Below are positions 39,258-52,700 of a DNA stretch of 64,000 nucleotides, one piece after another (position 1 is the first letter of the stretch; each line of letters opens with the position of its first letter). The notes under the pieces are model-generated. The model saw only the letters and a program-made list of their open reading frames with translations. It made no database searches and was not told the DNA's origin. The translations under genes were made by a program, and so were the position numbers. The DNA comes from Nitrospirota bacterium (GTDB taxonomy: Bacteria; Nitrospirota; UBA9217). The stretch lies in NCBI GenBank assembly GCA_963740085.1, contig CAVUCU010000004.1, forward strand, positions 416,001 to 480,000, read 5' to 3'.

Positions 39258-40235
39258 ATGAAGATCGAAGGTAAAAAGTTCTTGATAACAGGCGGCGCTG
39301 GATTAATGGGATCCCATATCACTGATCAACTGCTGGCGAAAGGGGCTTCCGAGATCATATTATTGGACAATTTTGTTCGGGGAAGCATGCATAACATAGA
39401 GGATGCTTTAAAGGATAAAAGGGTCAGGCTCGTGAAAGGCGACATCCGCGACCTGGATCTGCTCATGGATCTTGCGACAGACGTAGACGGGATGTTTCAT
39501 TTGGCTGCACTGAGGATAACCGCCTGCGCTGACAATCCCCGGGATGCTATGGAAGTAATGCTGACGGGTACTCATAATGTGTTTCAAACGGCTGTGGAAA
39601 AGAAAGTCGGTAAGTTGGTATACGCGTCGTCAGCATCCGTTTACGGTTTGGCTGACGTGTTCCCCACAAACGAAAAACATCACGCTTTTAATAATCGAAC
39701 GCTTTATGGAAGTGCCAAGATCGCCGGTGAAGGGATGGCGCGCTCTTTTGCGGAAATGTACGGTCTCCAGTATGTCGCCTTGCGTTATTTTAATGTCTAC
39801 GGGCCTCGCATGGACATTCATGGCAAGTACACAGAGGTCCTCGTTCGATGGCTGGACCGCGTCGGCGCCGGACAGGCTCCAATTATTTTTGGGGATGGTT
39901 TACAGACCATGGACCTCGTTTATATTGACGACGTTACGGACGCCAATATCATTGCGATGGAATCCGATGTGACTGACGAAGTATTCAACGTCGCGAGCGG
40001 GAAGGAGACCAGTCTCCTGGAACTTCTTCAAGCTGTGCTCAAGGTCACCGGGTCTACGCTGAAACCGGAGTTCTTACCTGCTCGTACCGTGAATCCGGTC
40101 CCTCGAAGATTGGCCGACACAAAGAAGGCGGAAAATCTGTTGGGATTCAAGGCAAAAGTTAGTGTAGAAGAGGGGTTGATACGTTTGATCGCATGGAGAA
40201 AAGAAATTCTTGCACGATATGGCAACGTTTCGTAA
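39258..40235 (+). CDS. NAD-dependent epimerase/dehydratase
   Basis: TGGAGLMG, SSASVYG, YGSAK, RYFNVYGP. Confidence 0.92.
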   Translation: MKIEGKKFLITGGAGLMGSHITDQLLAKGASEIILLDNFVRGSMHNIEDALKDKRVRLVKGDIRDLDLLMDLATDVDGMFHLAALRITACADNPRDAMEVMLTGTHNVFQTAVEKKVGKLVYASSASVYGLADVFPTNEKHHAFNNRTLYGSAKIAGEGMARSFAEMYGLQYVALRYFNVYGPRMDIHGKYTEVLVRWLDRVGAGQAPIIFGDGLQTMDLVYIDDVTDANIIAMESDVTDEVFNVASGKETSLLELLQAVLKVTGSTLKPEFLPARTVNPVPRRLADTKKAENLLGFKAKVSVEEGLIRLIAWRKEILARYGNVS

Positions 40236-40468
40236 GAGGGGATATGGGTTGCGGCGCGTATTTCAGAAAAAAGAGATCCATCACAACATAGTTCGTAGGC
40301 AAATTAGACTATTCAAAGTGAAGTTGTTCCAAAATTTATCACAGAATTAATTACCAACCACATGATATGTGAAGACTATCGAACGACGCGGGCTCGGCAT
40401 CACTTTTGCTTCAGCAGATGACCAGGATTAAAATTCTTTAGCAGGATTTTGAAAGACAGGTAAAAAAA

Positions 40469-41716
40469 ATGATCCCAATAGCTAAACCTTTCCTCGGAGA
40501 AGAGGAAGCTGCCGCAGTAAAAGAGGTAATTCTTTCCGGATGGCTGACTCAAGGTCCTCGGGTCAAGCAGTTTGAAGAAGCGTTCTCGTTATACACAGGC
40601 GCGCCATTTTCCTGCGCTGTTTCCAGCTGTACAACAGCCTTGCATCTCGCACTTCTTGTCGTTGGCGTAAAGCCGGGAGATGTCGTCATTACCGTAAGCC
40701 ACTCATTCATTGCAACAGCGAATTCAGTGCGGTATTGTTCGGCGGAACCGGTCTTTATTGATATCGATCCTCATACGTATAACATGTCGCCGGAAAGTCT
40801 CAGAAAATGTCTCTATGAAGACTGCGAAGTTCGGGATGGCGAATTGTTCTTCCGTGACGTCGCAAAACTCGCAGTCGGTGAATCACCCTTATGTAATTTC
40901 ATTGACGGTGGCTCATCATCAAAAAGACCTTCACGAGGCCGGGTAGCCGCCATCATGCCGGTCCATCAGATGGGCATGCCCTGCGATATGAGCGCCATTC
41001 TTACCCTTGCCGGAAAATTCAAGATTCCGGTCATCGAAGATGCTGCATGCGCGATAGGGTGTGAAATTAATATCGGCGGCAGGTGGGAAAGGATCGGCAA
41101 GCCGCACGGTGATATCGCATGTTTTTCCTTTCATCCGCGGAAAATCGTTGCTACCGGCGACGGGGGAATGCTGACGACAAACAACCCTGAATACGACAGA
41201 AAGTTTCGTCTTCTCCGCCAGCATGCCATGAGCGTGCCGGATACGGTCAGGCATAGTTCGAAAAAGGTCATCTTTGAAGAGTATGTCACCACCGGATTTA
41301 ACTACAGAATGACTGATGTTCAGGCAGCCATCGGAATAGAACAACTTAAAAGATTGCCGGGCTTTCTCAAAGATCGGAAGAAGATTGCCGCTCAGTATTT
41401 TAATAAATTGAAAGAGGTGTCCTGGCTGGAGCCGCCTCAGGACCCGCCCTATTGCAGGGGAAATTGGCAGAGCTACCCTGTAAGAGTGTTGGATAATGCG
41501 CCAGTGAGCCGTGATGGGCTTATGCAACTTCTGCTCGACGCTGACATCTCCACGCGCCGCGGGATCATGAATGCCCACCAGGAACCTGCATACGTTCCGG
41601 TGTTCCCGCTCATTCACTCCGAAAAAGCGAGAGATTCCGTCATCCTGCTTCCGCTCTATACGGGCATGAAAGAAGAAGAAACTGAAGTAGTTATTAAAAG
41701 GATCATAAATGCCTAA
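40469..41716 (+). CDS. DegT/DnrJ/EryC1/StrS sugar aminotransferase
   Basis: IEDAAC, SFHPRKIV (PLP Lys), GDGGM, GFNYRM. Confidence 0.93.
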   Translation: MIPIAKPFLGEEEAAAVKEVILSGWLTQGPRVKQFEEAFSLYTGAPFSCAVSSCTTALHLALLVVGVKPGDVVITVSHSFIATANSVRYCSAEPVFIDIDPHTYNMSPESLRKCLYEDCEVRDGELFFRDVAKLAVGESPLCNFIDGGSSSKRPSRGRVAAIMPVHQMGMPCDMSAILTLAGKFKIPVIEDAACAIGCEINIGGRWERIGKPHGDIACFSFHPRKIVATGDGGMLTTNNPEYDRKFRLLRQHAMSVPDTVRHSSKKVIFEEYVTTGFNYRMTDVQAAIGIEQLKRLPGFLKDRKKIAAQYFNKLKEVSWLEPPQDPPYCRGNWQSYPVRVLDNAPVSRDGLMQLLLDADISTRRGIMNAHQEPAYVPVFPLIHSEKARDSVILLPLYTGMKEEETEVVIKRIINA

Positions 41717-42366
41717 GAAGCTTCTTTTGTTTCCGTTCGGAGGCAACGCAAGAGAATCTCTTCTGTCAGTTTTTGCAACGAATGAGAGAAATAAGGAATG
41801 GGATATTTTGGGTTTCATCGATGATGATCCGTCGCAGCATCGGGAAAGATTGTTGCGGCATAAAGGTCGTCGGGGGAAGGGTGATCCTCGAGGAGATCCC
41901 GGATGCATTCCTTCTCGCGGTACCCGGGAGTCCGACAAGCTATCTCAGACGCAAAGACATCATCAGTAGTTTACATGCAGATAGATCACGCTTTGCAACG
42001 ATCATCCATCCGTCTGTAGTAATAGCTCCGGATGCAACAATCGGTCATAACACGATCATAATGCCCAATGTCGTCATCAGTTGCGGAGTCAGGATCGGCA
42101 GTCATTGTATCTTATTGCCGAATAGCGTCGTTTCCCATGACAGCATTGTTGACGATTACTGCTGCATCGGTTCCAATGTTTCAATTTCCGGTTCTGTCAG
42201 AATTGGTTCAAGCTGTTATATCGGTTCGGGAACGAAGATGCGTGAGAATGTATCCATTGGTGAAGGGACGCTTGTCGGGCTGGGATCGAATGTGATTTCA
42301 GATATCGAGGCAGGTGTTGTTGCCGCCGGAAGTCCGGCAAAAGTGTTTAGAAAAGTTACGTCTTGA
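41709..42366 (+). CDS. NeuD/PglD-like sugar acetyltransferase, frameshift near 41845
   Basis: GGNARE, GFIDDD in ORF 41709; ATIIHPS, SHD and hexapeptide repeats in ORF 41773. Confidence 0.87.
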
Positions 42367-42387
42367 AAAATAAATTTAAAATGTTCT

Positions 42388-42479
42388 TGTCGAAGAAACT
42401 TACATTTTACTAAAACAATTAAAAGGGCCGTAAAAATACCCAATTTATTAAAATATTATCAATTGGCACGGCAATTGCT
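42388..42479 (+). promoter_or_regulatory. sigma54 promoter + activator site for the giant-protein genes
   Basis: TGGCAC-GGCAA-TTGCT (42464-42479); TGT-N11-ACA at 42388-42404. Confidence 0.8.
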
Positions 42480-42730
42480 TTTTTAATTGTACGAACAGTG
42501 CTAATCATGCGACCTGTAAAAAAGTTAGAATTAAGGGTAACCTCGAGAATACTTTGTGATTATTACAATTTCTAAAGTTATGTTTCTGATGGTCTCATTC
42601 TCTCGTTCCTAGGGAATTATTGCCACCAAAGTTGACACGCGGTGAACGGTTTTATAAAAAAGTGTAAATGTGAGACGTGGCAAATTTCTATATTAAAAAA
42701 GCAGGCACTATTTCGAAGGGCGGATGGAAT

Positions 42731-45700
42731 ATGAAGAAGATGCAATTGTCGTTTGTCGTAGTCTTGCTGGCTGTCGGGTTGCTTTTCGGTTCCGTTTCAA
42801 GGATGAACGCCCAGACATTACCAGCTGGTCTTGTTGCCGCCTATGGATTTAATGAGGGCAGTGGTAGCACTACCTCAGACGCTTCAGGTATGTCCAATAC
42901 AGGCACCATTTCAGGAGCTACCTGGACAACTTCCGGCCGCTTCGGCAATGCTCTTTCCTTTAACGGAAGTAGTAACCGGGTAAATATCAACGACGCCAAT
43001 TCCCTGGATCTCACTACCGGGATGACACTTGAGGCCTGGGTATATCCTACTTCTTTAAGTGGCTGGCGTTCGGTGATTCTCAAGGAACAATCCGGCGGTT
43101 TGACGTACGCTCTCTACGCCTATGATAATGCGCCCCAACCAGCTGCCTACATCAACACCGGGGGCAGCGATCTTACGGTCGCCGGCACGGCCAGTATCTC
43201 GCTCAACGCATGGACCCATCTTGCCTCGACATATGACGGAGCCTCATTCAAGCTCTATGTCAACGGCAGCCAAGTTGGAAGTAAGGCAATCAGTGGCGCA
43301 ATCAAAGCTTCCACCAACCCCTTGACCATCGGTGGAAACTCGGTCTGGGGAGAATACTTCAGCGGGCGGATCGATGAAGTACGCATCTACAACCGGGCGC
43401 TCAGTCAGGCTGAGATCCAGTCTGATATGAATACCTCGATCACAGTTTTACCACCAGATACCACGCCGCCGACTGCCCCTGCGAATCTATCGGCAACAGC
43501 GGCCGGCAGCAGCCAGATCAATCTGTCCTGGACCGCCGCTACCGACAATGTGGGGGTAACGGGATACCTGATAGAGCGTTGTCAGGGAACCGGCTGCAGT
43601 ACGTTCACACAGATTGCAACAACAACCACGACGACGTATAACAATGCCGGTCTCCAGGCATCAACGAGCTACAGCTACCGTGTGCGGGCAACGGACGCTG
43701 CGAACAATCTCAGTCTCTACTCCAACACCTCCAGCGCAACGACTCAACAGGCATCTGATACCACGCCGCCGACTGCCCCTGCGAATCTATCGGCAACGGC
43801 GGCCGGCAGCAGCCAGATCAATCTGTCCTGGACCGCCGCTACCGACAATGTGGGGGTAACGGGATACCTGATAGAGCGTTGTCAGGGAACCGGCTGCAGT
43901 ACGTTCACACAGATTGCAACAACAACCACGACGACATATAACAATGCCGGTCTCCAGGCATCAACGAGCTACAGCTACCGTGTGCGGGCAACGGACGCTG
44001 CGAACAATCTCAGTCTCTACTCCAACACCTCCAGCGCAACGACTCAACAGGCATCTGATACCACGCCGCCGACTGCACCTGCGAATCTATCGGCAACGGC
44101 GGCCGGCAGCAGCCAGATCAATCTGTCCTGGACCGCCGCTACCGACAATGTGGGGGTAACGGGATACCTGATAGAGCGTTGTCAGGGAACTGGCTGCAGT
44201 ACGTTCACACAGATTGCAACAACAACCACGACGACGTATAACAATGCCGGTCTCCAGGCATCAACGAGCTACAGCTACCGAGTCCGGGCAACAGACGCTG
44301 CGAACAACCTGGGTCCTTACTCAAGCACCGCAACCACTCTTACCTTGACCGCGGGTGTTGAGCCGGCTGGATGGTACGCCGGAGATATGCACGTGCATCG
44401 GAGCTGCGGGGGAACTCCAGAGACGCTATCGAGCATGTACCAGAGAATGGCGCCCAATAATCTGGCCGTTATATCCCTGTTGGCTGATATGGGGAACGGT
44501 GAGGTGCAGGACCCTGTCACAGACCTGCCGCGTGTGAATGGGTCTGATGACCCTGTTTCGACTCCCGGGCAGATCGTACACTGGGATACAGAATGGCACT
44601 GGGACCCCACCTATCCACAGTTTCCCCACCATGCACTTGGAGGGCATATCGTTGCTCTTGGACTTACGCAGGCATCCCAGGTTTGGGAGGAGTACACATA
44701 TCCGATCTTTAATTGGGCGCACCAGCGTGGCGGCATTGCCGGGTTTGCGCATATGCAATATCTCGATGGCACTAATACGATTGCGAATGGTCTCACGTGC
44801 TGCACTCCCATAGAGTACCCTGTAGAAGTCGCTTTGGGATCGAGTGACTTCATCTCGGAGGACGTTGACGATTGCAATTCAACGTGCGGTGGCGCAGCAT
44901 CTCCGGGTGTCAGTGCTCCGCTCTATCCCGAGAACGCCATGCTAGCCTATTACAAGTTGCTTAACTGCGGTTTTCGACCCGGTTTTGCGGGGGGGACTGA
45001 CTATCCTTGCAATTGCAATAACCCATTGGGTTCGATATTGACCTATGCCCAGGTGGCGGGTGGGCAAATGACGTACAGCAACTGGGTCCAGGGTATTGCC
45101 AAGGGCAGGACCGTGGTATCGCGAAACGGGCATAACGAATTCATGAGTTTGCTGGTGAACAACAGCGCGAGTCCCGGCGATGAGATCAAGTTGACGGGTG
45201 CTGGAAGTGTACAGGTGAGTATTCAGTGGACGGCTAACCAGACCCTGACCGGTACGATAGAGCTGGTGCAGAACGGCGTGGTCGTGGCCAGCCAGCCGGC
45301 GTCGGTAAGCCAGGGAGTTCCCGCAAGCTTGAACACAACAGTGAATTTTGCGAACAGCGGGTGGCTGGCTGCGCGGAGGATGGACAGCATCAAGGGACAT
45401 ATGGTGCATACGGCTGCGGTGTTCGTGACAATAAACAACGCGCCTGTACGTGCGAGTGTAGCGGACGCTCAGTTTTATGTTGGATGGATGGACAACCTGC
45501 TGACGAAGACCTCGCCGGGCGGTGCATGGAACCAGTATTTCCCGACCAATCTAGTTGCGGCGCAAGCCCGGTACTCAGCTGCGAAGGCACTGTATCAGCA
45601 AATTGCATTGGAAGCCGGCGGGCAGCCGACTCCAGTCACGATCACTACGACATCCCTGTCGGGCGGAGCACTGGGCGTCTCTTACTCGGCGACGCTGGCG

Positions 45701-48700
45701 GCCGGCGGCGGGGCAACTCCGTATACCTGGTCTATATCCAGCGGCTCACTGCCAGCCGGCCTGTCGCTTAACAGTGGAACAGGCGTCGTCTCCGGAACGC
45801 CGACGGCGCCAGGTACTTACAACTTCACCGCACGGGTGGCCGATTCCGGCAATCCTATCCAGACCGCTACAAAGGATCTGAGCATCTGCAGTCGCCGCTC
45901 AGGCGAGTAACACTATTTGGCCAAGTACAACGGTTCCCAGCCTTGTTGATGGCGGTCCGGACAGCTCGGTTGAATTGGGAGTGAAGTTCCAGGCCGATTC
46001 GAGCGGCTTTATCACAGGCATTCGCTTCTACAAGGCGAGCACTAATACCGGCACCCACGTGGGAAATCTCTGGACGAGCACGGGCACGAAATTGGCGACA
46101 GCCACCTTCGCGAATGAGACCGCATCGGGGTGGCAGCAGGTGATCTTCTCGAGCCCCGTGGCCGTGACCGCAAACACCGTATACATTGCTTCCTACCACG
46201 CCGGCGTTGGGCATTATAGCGCCGATGTAAATTACTTTGCGGCGAAGGGCATGGATAGCCCCCCGCTCCATGCTCTGGCCAATGGCGTCTCTGGCGGGAA
46301 CGGCGTCTACGCCTATGGCTCCTCCAGCAGCTTTCCCAATCAGACGTGGAACTCGGCCAACTACTATGTGGACGTACTGTTCAGTCCGGGAACCCCTCCA
46401 ATACTTGCCTCCATCGCACTGATGCCGGTCAGCCAGACGATCTCGACCGGTGCTACGCAGCAATTCACGGCCATGGGGACCTATTCCGATGGCAGCACGC
46501 AGAACATCTCCAGCCAGGCAGCGTGGGCTTCTTCGTCCACAGCCGCGGCTACCATCTCCGGCACCGGCCTTGCCACGGCCGTCGGTCCCGGCACAACCAC
46601 CATCACAGCGGCGCTGAGCGGCGTCATTGCCGGCACAAACCTGACCGTGCAGGCGCCTCCGTTGACGATCACGACACAATCTCTTCCGGGTGGCATACTG
46701 AACGTTTCCTACTCGGCGACGCTGTCGGCCGTTGGCGGGACCTCGCCGTACACCTGGTCGATCTCGAGTGGCTCGCTTCCTGCGGGCCTGTCGCTCAACA
46801 CGAGTACGGGTGTAATCTCCGGATCGCCCACGGTCGGCGGCGCTTTCAATTTCATCGCCCAGGCGACCGATTCCAGCAATACTGCACAGACTGCGACCAG
46901 GGCCTTGAGCATCGCCGCCGGACCGGCCGCGCCTATACTGATCATATCCTCAGCGTCGAACCCTTTCAGCAATTACTATACCGAGATCCTCCGGGCTGAG
47001 GGTTTTGACGAATTTGCGGTGGACGACATCTCATCGGTGTCTTCCGCGCTGCTCAATGCCTTTGACATTGTCATACTGGGCGATATGGCGCTCACCTCGG
47101 GCCAGGTCTCGATACTCAGCGACTGGGTCAATTCAGGAGGTTATTTGATCGCGATGCACCCGGATAAGAAACTCGCAGGCCTTCTTGGATTGACCGACCA
47201 GTCATTGTCAATGGCAAATGCCTATCTTCTGGTCAATACATCCACCGGTCCCGGCGTCGGGATCGTGAATCAGACGATACAGTACCACGGTTCGGCAGAC
47301 CTCTACAGGATCAGCACCGCGTCGAACCTTGCAACACTCTACTCAAACGCCACGACGTCGACATCCTACGCGGCGGTTTCGCTTAACAATGTAGGAACGA
47401 GTGGAGGGCAGGCCGCTGCATTTGCTTATGATCTTGCTCGTTCCGTCGTCTATACCCGTCAGGGTAATCCCGCCTGGGCCGGGCAGACACGTGATGGCTT
47501 GTCACCAATGCGTTCTGATGACCTCTTCTATGGGGCGGCAAACTTTGACCCGCAGCCCGACTGGGTCGATCTGAACAAGGTTGCTATCCCCCAGGCCGAC
47601 GAACAGCAACGCCTTTTGGCAAACCTGATCATCCAGATGAATTTCAATAAAAAGCCCCTGCCGCGCTTCTGGTACCTGCCGCGGCACCTGGCAGCGGCCG
47701 TGGTCATGACCGGGGACGACCATGGGTCCTTCTATAGCGGAGGAGCTACAGCCGCACGCTTCGATCAATTCATTGCCGCCAGTCCGCAGGGTTGTGTGGT
47801 TGACAACTGGGAATGTGTTCGCGGATCGGCTTACGTATTTCCGCCATCCGTTGCGAGTAATCCACTGAGCAATGCCCAGGCAGCCACTTATATAAATAGT
47901 GGATTTGAGATCGGAGTACATGTAGATTCAAGCACCGATTGCACTGACTGGACCCCTGCCTCTCTGGATATTGCCTATACGAGCGATCTTAATTCATTTG
48001 CCTCGATGTATCCGAGTGTCCCGGCGCCCGCGACCCATCGCATGCACTGCATTTCGTGGAGCGACTATGATTCCCAACCGAAGACAGAGCTCAGTCATGG
48101 GATCCGGCTGGACACAAACTATTATTACTATCCTCCGACTTGGGTCAATGACCGCCCGGGTCTTTTTACCGGTTCTGGTATGCCTATGCGGTTTGCCGAT
48201 ATTAACGGCAACATGTTAGACATATATCAGGCAACCACCCAGATGACCGACGAATCAGGCCAGACATATCCGTACACGATCGATACACTGCTCGACAATG
48301 CGACCGGACCAACAGGATACTACGGAGTCTATGTGGCCAACATGCACAACGATATTGCCCAGTCGCCGGGAGCTGACGCGATCGTTGCTTCCGCACAGGC
48401 CAGGGGGATCCCTGTTGTTTCCGCCCGGCAGATGCTGACATGGTTGGACGGCCGAAACGCCTCGACGTTCACATCACTGTCCTGGAACGGCAGCACGCTC
48501 AGCTTTTCGATCAGCGTCGGCCAGGGAGCGAACGGACTCGTGGCCATGGCTCCGATGGCAAACGGCCAAACGGTGACGAGTATAACGAATAATGGAAGCC
48601 CGGTCTCTTATTCAATGATCAGGAGCAAGGGTATCCAGTATGCGATCTTCACGGCGGCGAACGGAGCTTATCAGGTCAATTACGCCACGGATATCACACC

Positions 48701-49520
48701 GCCCACGGTAAGCTCGGTCACACCGATAAACGGCGCGACCGGCGTAAGCACGGGGACAAAGGTCACTGCAACCTTCAGTGAGTTGATAGACCCGACAACA
48801 ATCAAGGTGGGAACATTTGACGTGCGTAACTCCGCAAACACCCTTATAACAGCTACGGTAACCTATGATGCTGCAACACAGACCGCGACCCTGGCTCCGA
48901 CCGGTTCGCTGGTCATGTCGACGACTTATACCGCAACGATCAAAGGGGGAGCAAGCGGTGTGAAGGACGTTGCAGGCAATCCGCTGGCCAGTGATTTTAC
49001 CTGGTCTTTTACCACATCAGCGGCGCCGGCAGGACCATATTCCATCTGGCCGGGCACGACCGTTCCGGGAGTCGCGGACTCCGGTCCGGACGGTGCGGTG
49101 GAACTGGGTGTAAAATTCCGAGCCGATTCGAACGGATCCATCACGGGCATCAGATTCTACAAGGCAGGCACCAATACCGGGACCCACGTCGCCAACCTGT
49201 GGACGAGCACGGGTACGAAGTTAGCGACAGCTACTTTTACGAATGAGACTGCTTCGGGCTGGCAGCAGGTGAGCTTTTCCACGCCGGTGGCGATCACTGC
49301 CAATACCGTCTATGTGGCCTCTTATCACGCGAATGCGGGCCATTATAGCGACGATCAGAGCTACTTTGCGGGCAAGGGTGCGGATAGCCCTCCGCTCCAT
49401 GCATTGGCCGATGGCGTGTCCAGTTTCAACGGTGTGTTCGCCTACGGCTCTACCAGCAACTTCCCCAACAATGGATGGAATAGTTCCAACTACTGGGTGG
49501 ACGTCGTGTTCCAACCTTGA
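42731..49520 (+). CDS. Giant secreted protein: LamG - 3xFN3 - PHP-like metallohydrolase - He_PIG - DUF4082 - Big_2 - He_PIG - deacetylase-like - Big_5 - DUF4082; frameshift near 45890
   Basis: Signal peptide; GLVAAYGFNEG...GRIDEVRIYNRAL; WYAGDMHVH; VELGVKF...ITGIRFYK twice; ORFs 42677-45910 and 45975-49520 are joined by a split DUF4082 domain. Confidence 0.8.
43457..44330 (+). repeat. 300-bp tandem repeat x3 (FN3 domains)
   Basis: GATACCACGCCGCCGACTGC at 43457, 43757, 44057, near-identical units. Confidence 0.95.
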
Positions 49521-49546
49521 GGAAGCCATAAAGAGTCCCTTGTCCC

Positions 49547-49629
49547 GTCATTACGAGAAGCGGAGCGACGTGGCAATCCTTATTTTTATAAACGAGATTG
49601 TCACGCTCTCTGCATTTGCTTGCAATGAG
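49547..49629. repeat. Palindromic REP/RPE-like element
   Basis: GTCATTACGAG..GCGACGTGGCAATCC ... GAGATTGTCACGCT..CTTGCAATGA imperfect inverted arms in an intergenic gap. Confidence 0.6.
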
Positions 49630-49784
49630 AACGGAACAAAATTGAATGCTTTAGGATTCATCTCGCCAGTAAGTACTCTGTTTTCCTAATATTTCTAACC
49701 TGATATTTCTAAAATGATGCTAAAATATAAGATGTCAAACTTAAAAAGAGAGGTGTCGGCTTGATACAAATCGGAGGTGGTCAT

Positions 49785-52700
49785 ATGAATAGTAATGTCC
49801 TTAAGAGTAACATGATTCTGAAAATTGCATTATCAGTCGCTGTTATCCTGTCATTCATGTTTCCATTGGAGGCGATCAGTTCGTGCGGTTCGCCGGCAAA
49901 CCCGATCGAAGCGGAGAACTGCCTGACTGGTAACCCCTCAAGCGAGTGGGATATTACCGGTGCTGGCGACCCAACTATCCAGGGGTTCGCCACCGATATC
50001 AGCGTCAACACGGGCGAGACTGTTCAGCTTCAAGATTGATGACGGACGCAGTCGCTATCATCTCGATATCTATCGGATCGGATATTACAATGGAGACGGC
50101 GCCCGCAAGGTCGGCTACGGTATTACCGTCCGACCATCACCTTCCGCAGATACAGCCTGCCTGCAGCGAAGATACGGCAAACAAAACTCACGGATTGTGG
50201 AAACTGGGCCGAGTCGGCGTCATGGACAGTCCCCGCAGGCGCTGTATCAGGTGTCTATATCGCGAAGCTCGTGCGCACCGATACCGGGGGAGCGAGCCAT
50301 ATCATTTTCATTGTCCGGGACGACACGGGCAATTCCGACCTTCTTTTCAAAACCTCCGATACTACCTGGCAGGCTTATAATAGTTATGGTCTCGGCTATA
50401 TTGAATACCCGGACTACGGTCCCTATCCATCCCAAAAAGCCACCAAGGCCAGTTATAACCGTCCTTTCACGACCCGTGCTGTTAACAGTGGCATGGGGGC
50501 ATACAACTGGTTCTTCCAGGCGGAATACCCCATGATCCGCTGGCTGGAGGCAAATGGTTACAATGTCAGCTACTTTACCTCAGTCGACGCCGACCGTCGC
50601 GGCGCTGACATCCTTTTGCACAAAGTCTTCCTCTCGGTAGGCCATGACGAATACTGGTCCGGCCAGGAACGTGCAAATGTCGAGACTGCCCGGACTACAG
50701 GAATAAACTTAGCTTTTTTCAGCGGCAATACGAGCTATCGTAAGATCCGCTGGGAAGACAGCATTGACGGTTCGAATACCTCGCTATACGAGAGCAATGG
50801 TCTCCTACAGCGAAAGCAATTCTCCCACACACAATGAGCCTGCCATATCCGATTTGGACGGGCACATGGCGTGATTACCGTTTCAGCCCACCGGCAGACG
50901 GCGGAAGACCTGAGAACGCTTTAACCGGGACTCTATTCACGGTCTCTGAAGGACCGAACGAACTCGGAATTTCTCTTGTGGTTCCCGAAGCTAATGGCAA
51001 GATGCGCTTTTGGCGCAACACTCCTGTCGCGTCGCTCTCACCCGGTCAAACGGCTACCCTTGGCGATCGCGTTGTTGGTTACGAGTTTGACGAGGATATC
51101 GACAACGGCTATCGACCTAATGGGTCGATGCAATTGTCTTCCACACCAACCCCGGTGAATGCAAAGCTCCTTGGCAATAATATCAACCTGGGGCAGGACT
51201 CCTATCTGCCGGGAACAGCCACGCACGTTATGACCCTCTATCGTGCAGGTACTGCATTGGTGTTTTCAGCCGGGACGGTGCAGTGGTCCTGGGGACTCGA
51301 TGGCCAGCATGATAATGGTCCGTCTGTCCCTAATGTGAGCATGAAGCAGGCCACGGTCAATCTTTTTGCTGACATGGGTAATGTGCAGCCGGCAACCATA
51401 CAGGCAGGGTTAACAGCTGCCAGCGCCTCTACAGACACCACTCCCCCGACCTCGGCCATCTCCTCACCCTCCGGCGGATCCTCTGCAGTGACCGGTTCTA
51501 CGGTGATGATCACCGGCACCGCGGCTGATAGCGGGGGTGGAATTATAACAGGAGTAGAGGTTTCGACCGACAACGGGGTTACGTGGCATCCGGCAATTGG
51601 GCGCGCGAGCTGGAGCTATACCTGGGTACCGACCATTCAGGGTTCCGCCATCATCCGCAGCCGGGCCATCGACGACAGCGGCAACATTGAGACACCCTTA
51701 ACGGGAAATAGTGTCACGGTTAATGCTTGCACGGTGAATTGCACCATTTGGCCAGGCACCGTTCCCGAAATTGCGGATGCCGGTTATGATAACGCCGCTG
51801 TTGAGCTGGGCGTGAAGTTCCGTTCGGATTCTGCCGGCTATATCACGGGCATCCGCTTTTACAAGTCGAGCGCCAATATCGGCGCCCATGTGGCAAACCT
51901 GTGGTCGGGCACCGGGACGTTACTGGCTTCGGCGCCATTCTACAGTGAGACCGCGTCTGGTTGGCAGCAGGTAAACTTTTTGACCCCCGTTTCTATCGCG
52001 GCAAATACGGACTATGTTGCATCTTACTTTGTCAGCGATGGTCATTACAGTGCGGATCCATACTACTTTCTGTCCGAGGGTATTGACAGCGCGCCGTTGC
52101 ATGCATTGAAAGACGGAATTTCCGGCTTTAATGGAGTATATGCGTATGGCGCTGCCAGCAGCTTCCCGAATCAGGGATTTCATAGCAATAACTATTGGGT
52201 GGACGTGGTGTACAGTGCAACATCACCGCCAGTACCGACACTTACATCCATTGAAGTGACGCCGGCTGGTCAGACGATTTTCAGAGGAGCCACGCAGCAG
52301 TTCACTGCCACCGGGATCTATTCCAACGGCAGCACAACGAACCTGACAAGTCAGGTTACGTGGGGATCATCCAACACAGGCGTCGCCACGATCACGAGCG
52401 CCGGACTCGCCACTGCCGTTAGCGCCGGCGGCACCACCATTTCGGCGGTATTTGGTTTAACCGGAAGTACGACCCTGACCGTGCATGTAATGCCGCTGAC
52501 GATCACAACACAGTCTTTGCCGGGTGGTCTCCTGAACGTCTCTTACTCGGCCGCGCTCTCGGCCAGCGGCGGGACCTTACCATACACCTGGACGATCTCA
52601 AGCGGCTCGCTGCCGTCAGGCTTGTCAGCTCGATAGCGGCAACGGGAGCCATCTCAGGAACGCCGACCGTATCTGGAATCTTTAATGTATCATTCCAGGT

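Noticed and set aside
29932-42551. Shared 11-mer CCTCGAGAATA in two leaders (29932, 42541) as an ops-like element
   Set aside because: An 11-bp match among several kb of spacer DNA is plausible by chance and the flanks do not extend.
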